The position numbers and the translations under genes are program-made. This document shows, piece after piece, positions 15,001 to 27,000 of a stretch of DNA of 64,000 bases (position 1 is its first letter; every line of letters starts with the position of its first letter). Under the pieces are notes generated by a model, which was not told the origin of the DNA, did not search any database, and was given only the letters and a program-made list of their open reading frames with translations. The DNA comes from Candidatus Omnitrophota bacterium (lineage in GTDB: Bacteria > Omnitrophota > Gorgyraeia > Zapsychrales > Fredricksoniimonadaceae): the NCBI GenBank assembly GCA_044225175.1, contig JBGAJA010000002.1, forward strand, positions 216,949 to 280,948, read 5' to 3'.

Positions 15001-18000
15001 TTAAATGATCCAGAGATGGAATTACAAATTCGTTTGTTTGCTTCATACCGCTTCCAGCCAATGGCCCGCTCAGCTCGCGGTATTATGAGATTTAGACAAA
15101 TGTATCAATTTCAGGCCAAGGTGAATTTCCCAACGAGACAATCCTTACTGGCTTTTGAGCAGTACAAAGAAGAAGGGTTAATGAACAGAAATGGCCTGCC
15201 AACCAATGGATATCAAGACAAGATTGATGCCTTGGCTGATGCGAAGTTTGAATTTATTGTTGGACCTCAAAGCTATGGAGAATATCTGGGTCATGTGACT
15301 AGGGATACATGGCAAGGATTGGCTGTAAGAGATATGAATCTCTTACTGAAATTATTCCCAGCGATGCAAATCGCCTATTTGCATAATCCTGATCGTGCCA
15401 TCGATTCTTATGCAGGTGTATCAGCTGTTTATTTAACCAGCCAAGAGTATGGGTCACTAGAAGAACAAATGCTGGTTTCCATCCAAGAACAATTGGATAA
15501 CAAGGAAAATATTACAAATCCAGACGTAAGAAATAGACTAAAAAATTCTCTTCAATTGTATCGATTTACAACAAGTGTAAATGGTGTGGAAACAGTGGTT
15601 GGTTATGTGGTCCGTAAGAATATTATTAAGTTGAACTCTCACTATTTTGCGGGTCAAGGTAAACCGGTTAACCAAAACAATTTGCTTAAATTTGTTCATG
15701 GGGAAATTGCCCAGTTAATGGATATCAACCAAGACTTCTATCTTGAAGAAACATTCAAAGGGCCAAATTTAGCGGAAGAGTTTAGATATGATCGAGATAC
15801 TGCCATTGTAGGATTCCCAGAAGACATCTTTACAGATGAGTTTTCACCAGCAGGTGAAGTTCATGCCTTTGGAGACCACACATTTACAACAATCACACAG
15901 CGTGTTTTAAACTTTATGGGAATTCGTTATCACTATGGTCATCCGGATTTTATCCGAACAATCTCCTTTAGACAATTAGGACTCTTTAGTGCTCCATGGG
16001 TCAATGAAGACATTTATGGTGCTTATAAGGCTACACTTTACGGTGAAAAAGTTATATTCAAGGAATTTATTCAAGCTGCTAAGGCTCGTGAAGTTGTTTA
16101 CATCGGCCTTGTCGGTATCTCAGATAAATTTGGCGCAGGCGCAGGTGAGCAAGCCATTGATCATAAGATGCAAGTTCTTAATCGATCTTCGATAATTGGA
16201 TTTTCCAGAGCATTCATGCACATAGTAGCTTCGATAGGATATTTCTTACGTAAACCAATTATCGTGATTGCAAGTGTCTTGTATTTATTAAATGTGGTGT
16301 TGTTTGGGTTAAGTTTCTTTGTCTCTTTCCCAGATGAATTAACATACGGAATGATAGGATTATTCTTATCTCAAGCGATAGGGTTGCCGGGTTATCTTCA
16401 ACTTGTCTTAGAGCGTATGATCATACCTAGTACGGTCAGATTCTTGAAACTATTACCCGTATTAGCTTTAACGTATATTTCTGTTCTTTTTAGCGCCTTC
16501 CAAGTTGGTGTAAAGAAGGCTTATGTCAATAGTGCAGATTATGTTGCAACAGGTCGTCGTGCTGGTCGACAACACATGGTGCCTTTTAAAGATACTCTAG
16601 GGTTAACTGGAGTGCATTTATATAACAAAGGAGATCTTTATGGGCAAGTCAATCTTCCTGGTATCGGCTGGCTTATCCCAGGAATAATGATTGTGACATC
16701 AGGACTCAAGTTATGGGCAAGTCCAGGATCGATTTGGTCTGCGATGCCTGTCTTCATGATTTTAGCCGGCATACTTGCGGTATTTATTATGAACCCCGGT
16801 TCCACACCGATTACATTTGGTATTCGTAAATTCTTTACGCAATATTTTGGAGAAAACCTCCCTCACTTCTTTGCTAAATTTGGGGCAGAAGCGCTTTACT
16901 TGAAAAACAAAAATTTAAAAACGACCGTATATGATCATCAAGGAATTGAATTTGGTCAAATCAATGAAAGAGCTAATACAAATGATATCAAGCTCGACAT
17001 GAAGAGATTCAAATTAGGTGTGGTTGTGTATACTGGCGCACTCGCCTTGACGATTTTGATTCTTATGAACGGCATTCCTTATCAAGGTTTATTGCTATTC
17101 CTCCTGTTGTATCCATTGTTAGGATTGGCTGGAAACAAGCAGTTAGAACGCCTATTAAAGAGTAAATACACCTTTAAAGAAATCTATAACGATAAAAAGG
17201 TCGAAATTCGAAATAATCATAGATTTGGACAGGGCAAAGAAGTATTTAAGAAAGTAGTTTTTGAATTTGGGTTAAAGATAAGAGAGTTTATTAATTTGTT
17301 CTTTGCAGGAACATTTGTCATGGGTTCTTTATTGATCATCGGCATTGTGACAGCAATTTTGATTAGTCTGCCTTATCAAATGGGAGTTCTCTTAAGAGCG
17401 TTGGTACCTAGCAAGATTGTTCCAAGATTTATAAGAATTTCTGGGTGGGTAGGTATGGCTTGGGTGGTTAATATCATAGCTTCCAATGTCGCTATGGGAC
17501 CATTAGGTATGGTAGCTATGTTAGTCTTTACTGGTGCCTTGTCTATAGGACTATTCACAGGCTCTCGCAGATCCGCTATAGAAAATATTAATGCCATGGA
17601 TTTTAGTTTCATCTCTCATCCAACTCAAGCTGGTCCAAGCAGAAAAATTAATCGAAGAGTTGCCATGGGGACTATTTCAGTTTTTGTGATTGCCCTTGGC
17701 ATTGCCAGTGTCAAAACAGGAATTGTTAACTTAAATCTATTTAATCGTGCTCCTGAGCAAACTACCCAATTAGAATCCAATACTTCTAAAGATATTCCAA
17801 ACGTTCAATCTCAAACTGAAGCTGTCACACCTTCTCCTGAACAATTGCAAACTACCGCAGCCCAAGAAGCCCAAAGACTTTCCAACGAAGTGATTAACAC
17901 CATTGATCCTCAAACCGTTCCAGGAATTGAAATTACTCCTATAGAAAAGGATTCAAAAGAATCTGTTGGCCCAACACCTGAAGAAGTGAAAGCCGCCGCT

Positions 18001-21000
18001 GACAAAGTGGAATCAGACAGAATCGCTGCTGAAAAGAAGCTGGCTAATGAAAAAGCTGAAGAAGAGATAAAGAAGGACATTGAAATCTTAAGAACAGGAA
18101 CTGCAGAGCAAAGACTAGGGGTGATCACCAGTTCATTACAAATGTCTGATGAGGCTATTAGAAAATTATTACCTGAAATCTTAGTTCTAGCTTATGACAA
18201 GGATGAACAAGTACGCACACAGGCCATTCTTTATCCTACAAAGATCCGCTTTCCAATTCTAACTGTTTATGGTGAAGAGCATGTCAATATACTTCATAAA
18301 CTAAATAAAAATACTTTAATTAAGAATGCTGAAAAGATGAATTTCTATTTAGGTTTGGAAAGCAGATTGTGGTCGGAACACTTCACAGATCATATGTTTG
18401 GGTATGAAGACGAATATCCTTTAATCTACACCTATACAATGACGACTCTTTATTTTTCTAATCTGACCGCTATCACTAATGATATTGCTATTCAAGAAGG
18501 CAACGAAGATCTTCTGCAAGCAAGAGAAGAAATGAGAGACGTGTATAGAGCTAGCATTGCTCAAATCCTCAATCTTTTGATCGATTCTCATGTCTATCTT
18601 CAAGAAACATTAGATCAATTTGAACTTGTTTTAAAAGACCATCCAGATTCACAAAGAGCCCATGAATATATTAAAGAAATCATCAGCTCGGTCAATCAAG
18701 ACAAGCAAAAGGCCATTGAAGATTATCTGAAACAGGAAGATTTAACCATCTGGAGAGAATGGATTCATATTTTTGCCGGAGTATTGACCGATAAAATTGA
18801 GCAGCTATATCCAGATAGAGGATTAGATTTCCATAAGATTAGAACATGGATAGCCAAGAAAGAAATGACTCGAGATGATATCCATGAGTTAAATAACGAT
18901 ATATCCATCGAATTTAGAAATCAAGCCTTTGCCCCGCATATGACAGATATCGCAGACAAAGGCATTAGTAACAATAGACCAACCTATATTATCACTGGTA
19001 AAGAGCATGTGCAGGGTCTGGCAGAGTTATTAGGTAGCAATTATCGAGGAATGAACATTTATTACCTTCTTGATCCTGCCGCACGCAAGGAAGCTGAAGA
19101 AGCTGCAAGAGCAAAAGCTGCAGAGGATAAAGCTCAAGCTGATAGAATTGCCGCTGAGAATAAACTTGCTGAAGAAAAAGCTGCAGAGACAACACGCATT
19201 CTTCAAGAACAAGAGGCTGCAAATAAAGCCGCCGCTGACAAAGCTGCCGCAGACAAGGCAGAAGCTGACAGAGTAGCTGAAGCTAAGAGGCTTGCAGATG
19301 AAAAGGCCGCTCAAGATAAAAAAGCCGCCGATCAAGCTGCCAAAGATGCAGCCTTTATCCAAACAATATTAGGAATCCTTTTGATTGTTCTTGGATCAGC
19401 GGGAGGATTACTCGCAATTATGTGGGGTATAAGACAGTTGTTTGAATTAAGAACGGCAAAGAAAAATCCTAAAGTGGAACCATTGCCAGGTGCTGTAAAG
19501 ACATCATCTGAAAAAGATAATCCTGTTTCAACTGTAAGTTCAAAAGCCCCTGATTATATTGTTGAAGATGGCGCTCCACGTCCTCGTGGCAATGGCAATA
19601 TTTCAGTTGCACCTCCAATAGCTGTTCCTCAAGTAATGCAGTCACCAAATGTTCCAGCTGTTCAACCACCAACTAGAGCTGGACCAAGTTGGTTACACAT
19701 AAATGTTCCAGCCACTCAATCACCAACTAGAGCTGGACCACGCAGGTTACAAATCATCGGTTTAATGGCAAGTATTGTAGTTCTTGGATTGATGTCGTTG
19801 TATGCCTTTAGTCCTTCGGAAAAAACACAGCACAATGTTCCAAATCCTTCTACAAAGATTACAGAGTCTGAACAATCCAAAGTCACAGATTCCAACACTG
19901 CAGAACAATCTCAGCCTAAGGCTGATCAGCCTACGGCTGAAGCTCTCGGTTCTGATGATCCAAAAGAAGTTTCTACACCTGAACCAGCAAGTGAAGCCAA
20001 AGAATCAACACCTGTAGTAGTATCACAACCTGAAGAACCTGCACAAGCTAAAGAAAATGAGTTTGATACAGCGACAGAGGAAGCTAAGAAACGAGAAGAG
20101 CAAGTTGAAGCGTTAAATCCAGATAATGTGAGAAGCTCTTTAGAAAAACGAGAATCTCCAGTTCAAGAGCCAATACCTCAAGAAATAGAAGCTAAAGTGC
20201 TACAAGATGCTCAAGCTGAAGCTGATCGTCAAGCTAGGGAAGAACAGCGTCTGTTGGATGAAAAGAAAGCTGCTGAAGAAAAGGAAGCCAAAGAGAAAGC
20301 AGAACAGGCTGCCCTCGCAAGAAGATTAGAAGAAGAACAAAAAGCCGCCGCCGATCAAGCTGCCAAAGAAGAGCAAATGCAGAAGCCTCCTGAAATAGAT
20401 CGTAAGAAATTAGAAGATGGTGTTATGAAACCAACTGAAGCAGACTATAAGGAAATTGCAGATAAGTTGGAGCGCATCAAAGAATGGCTTAAGAATAGAC
20501 CAGCTGATCAAAAAGATTCTCCCAAACGTTTTCCAGGCATCGTCGCAACAACAGATGCTCCAGCCCATATTTTAGTCAGTGAACCAAGTGGTATTGTAAG
20601 GGAAGCTACAGACATTCAAGAACGCGTGATGAGCGATGAGGAAAGAAACACATGGATCCGTTTAGTAAGTCCATACCCACAATTAGATAAAGACATTCGT
20701 TTTGTGATTATTGAAGATCCAGCCTTGCCGATAGCCATGCATCCTGTTGTGAAGAAATTCAAGCAAGCAGATGGAAGCACAGTCGTGATTTTCTTTGAAT
20801 TCATTAATCCTATGTTCTGGGGTATCAAAGATCCTGCTCGACAAGAAGACATGTTTTTCCATGAGATGCAAGATGTGATGAATTATGGTATGGAAGAACA
20901 AGCGATTTGGGAGATAGAAGCTAAAGCATGGACAGATTTAGATCGATTGGCTAAGTATATTGAATGGCTCAATGACAAGACCAAAGGAATCACAGTTGAT

Positions 21001-24000
21001 CCAAGATATATCAAGGCCTTAGCAAAAGCATTTCCTATTTCAGAGCCTGTAGAAGCACCTAAGGGTGATGGGACAATCATCAATGCTCCTCTTGATCAAA
21101 AGCAAGCTGCTTTAAAAGAACTCAAAGCAGAAGCTGAGAAATATAACACTGAGCACCCAGAACCAACTCCTCCTACAGAATATGATCACAATCAACGCTG
21201 GCTTGAAGGAAGAACAGAAGTAGTCCCTGCTGATGCACCAGCTCTTGTAGTGGAACAACAAGTAGAGGGTGTCATTGCGTCCGCCAAAGGCGGATCCGCC
21301 TTGGACGGAAGCGAAAAAGTGAAGCAGTCTGAAACCGAAGAAAAGATTGCCGCGTCGCCTACGGCTCCTCGCAATGACACGGTTGAAACATCACCCCTTA
21401 AGATCACATTAGATTTCTATACAGACATCAGCCAGCCTCTTGATGATACTAAAGCCACATTTGGATTTACCACATTAGATTTAGGTTTTGAAAAAGATGA
21501 GTGGCAATTTGGAGGATTGATTGAAGTTAATTCATTACGTTTAGATAATGACATCGACCATGCCGCGACATTCAAATGGAGAACATTCTACAATTTCAAT
21601 GAAAATATTGGCTTGGGGGTTCGTAAAACATTTACAACAGATAGTGATATTTCCGATCCTGTGTCATTTGGGGCGAAGTTCTTGATTAAAGATGTTGTGA
21701 GTGGGGAAGCATGGGTGTCCTATGCTGATGGTAAGACAGCCTGGCTCGGATTTATCAATAAAGACATTGGACCTGCTAGTTTGAGCTTAGGCTTGTTCCA
21801 TGCTGATCAGTGGGACGTTCAATTGACTGGCAGCCTCAAGTTAGACGAAGAAGGAACATGGAAAATATTTGGGGCCTATGACTTTGATGATCCACAGGTC
21901 GCTGCCTTGACCCATTTTACTCCTGACACTGGCCTTGTTCGCTTAGGAGGCACCTACTCATGGCAAGGACATGCGGTCAGCATCTACGTCTTTACCAGCT
22001 CCATTGATCAAGATGATCTCAAACCAGGCATTGGAATTATGTTTAGCTGGAATGCGCTGACAACCCAGCTTACAGAGGCAAATAACAGCGCTAATGGTAT
22101 GTTAGGGGATTGGTTTGAAAAATTAAGAACATTACCACTAACTCTAAGTGTCTATAACGACTTTACAACCAATAAGAACAGCCAGACTGGTCTTTTTGGT
22201 GTGACAGAGTTGAAATATAACGGAGAGCTCTTTAAGGCAGGTATTCAAGTAGAGTACACCAAAGGCTTTGAAGATCGTTATAACCTGACAGAAGGGATTG
22301 TGGATTTAAATCTCTTTGGAGAGTTTAAGCTGGTCAATGGATTAAGCGCATGGTTTGGACAGACAGTCAATGTTGGCAATGCTAATGACACCAAGGCTGC
22401 AGAGCCAACCAGTGTTGGGGTCAAGTATGAAAATGGGCCAGTCAGCGGGATCACCACATATTCATTTAATAAGGGTGATTATGAGAATGCTTGGTTAACA
22501 TTAAATACTCTTAAATTAACCGATGATCTGGCGATCGATTCAGGTTTATTCACCGATGGAAAACATACAGGCTGGCAATTAGGCGCAACATATAAATGGG
22601 TCTTTGTGAGAAGAAATTTCCGAGATGATTTATCTGGCACATGGTATGCCCCTGACACTGATACAAGAGTTGGATTAAACCTGATTCTGGGTCCTGTGAC
22701 AATCACCCCTTATGTTGGCATGTCAGATGATTTAAGTGAAATGAACAGTTTTGGAGTTGCCATTTTAGTCAATGTATTGACCGGTGAAGTAGTGGACACC
22801 AAGCCTATGTTTGAAAGTGAATTTTTGGACATGACGAAATTCAAGGCAGAAGTCTATACCGATGTAACGATCTTTGATGAATCAACAGCCATATTCTCTT
22901 ATTTAGATCTAAGTACCACAATCAAAGACATTGATGTGGGTGTTAACGTTGAAGTTAATGGATACATCGACAACTTGAATGATAATGGCTTGAATTTACC
23001 AGGAGCAACCGTGGCTGCCAAATTCAGGTTATTTGTTCCAACCGAGTGGGGTAAGTTAGGGTTAAGATACACAGCTCCATTGACCCATGGCTTGAGCAAT
23101 CCTATCTCTATTGGGGCCCTGAAAGAATTCAACTTTGGAGAAGACGCATGGATTAAGAAACTATCCAGTGAATTATGGGCCTCCTATAACCCAACGGATG
23201 AAAGGGCCAGCTTGTGGAGCATCAATAATACATCCATAGGCAATTTAGATTTGGGATTGGATATATTCCTTGGAGAAGGCGGCGATACAGGAATAGTCAC
23301 ACGAGCAGCATACTATTTTAATGATGAGAAGACATTTGGATGGATGTTCAATACGCAGCCCGTCAAAGAAGCAGGACAGATAGCTAGAGATTCATTCTTG
23401 ACGCTGGATTCAGGAGGCTTGCGCACTGGGCCGACCTTTAAATTAAGAGATAATATCATTGGGACGATCTATTTAGGGCTTGAAGAAAGAGAAGATGCCT
23501 TGCATCCACAAGATTGGAAAGACAAAGGATTGGTAGGCGCATCAATTAAGATCTCATTCTACAGCGACCTTCCTGTTCCACAGAAAGATCAAGACAAGGC
23601 CAAGGATGATTTTGGGGCCAATAAGACAATTGCTTTATCAAAAATCACGATCGTTAATGGAAATATAACATTCAAGATCATTACTGATGATACTCAAAGG
23701 AAACTTGGGCTATGGAATCAAGTGGTCTTTAAGCAAATCAAAGAGATTTTAAAAGCTGGCCGATCTCCTCCAAGTGAATTTACAGTGGAAATCACAACCG
23801 CAATTGATCATGTGGCAGCTTCCGACATTAACAACTCTAAAGTTTTCCTTCACCCATTCTATTTTGACCCATCCAATAAAGATCAACATTATAAAATGTT
23901 CTACCATGAACTGATCAGTCATATAGCAAATCACGAGAATGATGAACAAAAAGCAATGGCAGATACCAAGAAAGCTGTTGAACGAAAGACAGGAATTTTT

Positions 24001-27000
24001 GAAACCGTATTACTTGGAATAATCTTCGTTTGGGGGGCAATAATTATCATTAGAAGTATATTTAAAGGTTCTTTTGTATCGAATATTCAGAAATTTCCGC
24101 CTACAGATTATGCGTTAGACAAGCAAACAGAACGAGCATACCTTTCTGGTGAAGAAGATGCAGGTGACATTAAGGCCCGGGGATTCACAAGAGTCCATAC
24201 ACTTGTATTAGTCATAGCCGTCATAGGCACAATACTAGCACTGATTCTTACGAAAAATAGGTTCAACTCCCTATTTATGAACAGCAGACCCCAAGAAAAT
24301 AGGGAGTTGACCCTCATTTCTTATAAGCAAGATCATGGACAGCCTAGTGTGGAGTCTAAGGCAGATGCGTGGAAGATTTTAGATGAGAAGAATACAACCC
24401 CTCAACAATGGGCCCTTATACTTAAATGGAAAGAGGAACATAAAGCAGAATTAGCTAAAACAGGAAGTAACAAGCTGGTGTTTATTCTTCGTCCACAGCT
24501 TCCTACATTAGAATACTCAGAAGTAAAGAATTATACAGTCAATGGTAAGCCTTATAATATCTATTATCAAGTGATTAGCCCAAAGTGGTTTGATCAAACT
24601 AGTGATAAGAGTCCAGCGCCAAAAGCATCACAACCAGCCCCAAGAGTTAAGGTGGAGATTTCAAAATCAAAGCCATCGGAAAATAGGCAGTTGACCCCAA
24701 TTATTCCAGTGCCTCAAGCAAAGGCAGAGGTAAGTACAAGTCCTTCAGTTATGAGTCCGAAGACTGAAAATAGGGAGTTGACCCTCATTTCTAAGATTAC
24801 ACGTAAAGAACTTGGGGATGTTCCCGGGATTAAAGATTCTGTTGATCTTGTTATTTGGAATAATACTCAGGAAAGTCCTTTGGCTCGTTATGTGGGGACA
24901 ATTAAGCTGAGCTTAGATCAAGAGAATAAATATTTAAGCATTGTTAATGATCGTACTAAATCGGTAGAAGAGCGAGTGGAAGCATTGTTGGTCTTGACTA
25001 TGGCAGGCCATGAAGAAGTCCCTGAGATTGCTCGTAAGCTTATGGTTTACTATGATCCAGGCGCTAAATACTTTGGTTCTTATGTTAGCTTAACGGATAA
25101 AGTGGTTGGAAAAGTTGGGGCAGATGGTTTAACGCTTGGCGAAGAGGTGAACCTCAATAACATTATTAGCGGGCTCTTTGAGATGATGTATGACAATTAC
25201 ATGGTGGAACGCAATGCAGATGGTGATTTACGATTTGTCGCTGCTTTAACCATGGCTGCCTATGCCGAGCGTGGATATTTAGATAAACGTGAAAAGGTGT
25301 TCTTCATTTTTGATGGTGACAAGCTGGCCTTAAAGTATGCCAAGGAAGTTGAAGAGTCCTTAGGTAAATATTATAAGGAAAAACGCGAACCTAATGACCA
25401 AGTAGCCTTAGGCAAATTATTGGCTTCAGAAAAATTAAATGGACGATTGACCAAGGACGATGATATTAACGCTCAAAATACTTTAAGCGTCCTTCGCATG
25501 ATGGCAGACAGAGGCAATAAAGACATTTCCTATATGGCCTTAAGGGCGGCTCAAGCATTCCCTGATCCAGGTGTTTTTAAAGCACTTAAAGAGGAAATGA
25601 AAGTTAAACCAACAGATTTAGATGTCATGAAAATCCAAAGCGTTTCAGAAGGAAGCATAGATAGACAATTAGGGCTCATGGAAAATTTAGTACAAGGCAA
25701 GATGAATGGTGATGAACTTGGAAACACAAGCTGGAAAAATGAAATTGAGTTTATGGTCAATTCATTGGCAGCTAGATACAAAGGACAATCTAGAGAATGG
25801 AAAGAACATTTTGCTGCATACCTCGTTGCCAAATCTCAGGACATCCGACAAGGTAAGGTTGAAGAGATCAAGAATCTTATTTATGAACCTTTAGCCCGCA
25901 TCGTGTTATCAGATCAGTCAGATATTTTGGAAAGCACTATTCAGGGAATCAGACAGGTCCACCTCCAAGGGGAAACCAAAGACGAAGACCAGTTGCTGCA
26001 CGGAACACGACAAAGCCAAAAAGAAGCTGCCCAAAGATTATTAGAAAATCTTAACCCAAGAACGATTGCGGCCTTGGCTAAAACTATTCAAGAATCAGAA
26101 AACACAGATCTAGTTCAAATGATCTGGACTAAGACCCAAGAACAATTAAATAGCATTGGCGCTCAATTCGGAGAATATGATCCTTTGATTGTGGCGACCC
26201 GACAAAGAATTTTAAGTGAAACGGATGACAAAACAGTCTTAGCTGGGGTGAAATGGTTATTGGCCCGCCATGAAACAGTTGGTTCATCGACGGTTGCAAG
26301 AGTGTATGCCCATACCAAACAAAGAGACATCAAGCTTGCTATTTTAGAACAAGTCAACTCTAACCATGCCTTTAGTCCTGAGTTTGTTCTTCCTATCATC
26401 GAAGATTTAGCCAATGTCATTTTAGAACGTCTTCAAGGCAAATCAGCTCATCAAGAAGAACGCGCTTATGAAGCCTATCAAGACTATCTAAAAGTTCTCC
26501 ATGATTTATATCCCCAAGCTGTGCAAGAACGACTAAAAATCCAAATGGATGCTGTAAATTCGGCAGATCAAATACGAGTATGGAGCAATATTCTTAAAGA
26601 ACATGGAATTGCAGTCCCCTCAGCAGTATCGTTAATCAATGCCATCACATCTAACAACACCACAGATATTTTAAAAGCGATCAATGTGCCGGGCGTTATT
26701 GAAGCTTCTGCGGAAGACATTGATAGGCTTATGGAGGTGGTTACAAGTCCTAACACCTTGGAGACTGCCAAAGTAAGCTTAGTCCAAAATTATTTAGGAC
26801 GATTAAAAGTCAAAGCAGATTTTCGTTCTAGTTTATGGGATGACCCTGTTAGAGGCGGACTAGTCAGGCTTTATGATGGGGCATCGATTGATTTAAAAAG
26901 AGCTGTTTTACAAGCTTTGGCTACTCGCGGTATGAGAGAACAAGAATCCGTTGATGCTTTTGCTAGATTGTTCTCTCGCGAAGATGATCCTCAAGTCCAA

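Noticed and set aside
12480-17570. Eukaryotic (fungal/plant) origin of the contig because of the FKS-like domain
   Set aside because: There are no introns over 64 kb, and the ORF has REP-type palindromes, a lipobox, prepilin-like motifs, TolA-like spacers and OM-type barrels, all pointing to a diderm bacterium.
24252-24792. CRISPR array
   Set aside because: Spacing is irregular, orientation is mixed, there are only four copies, they are in-frame in a CDS, and no cas genes are present.
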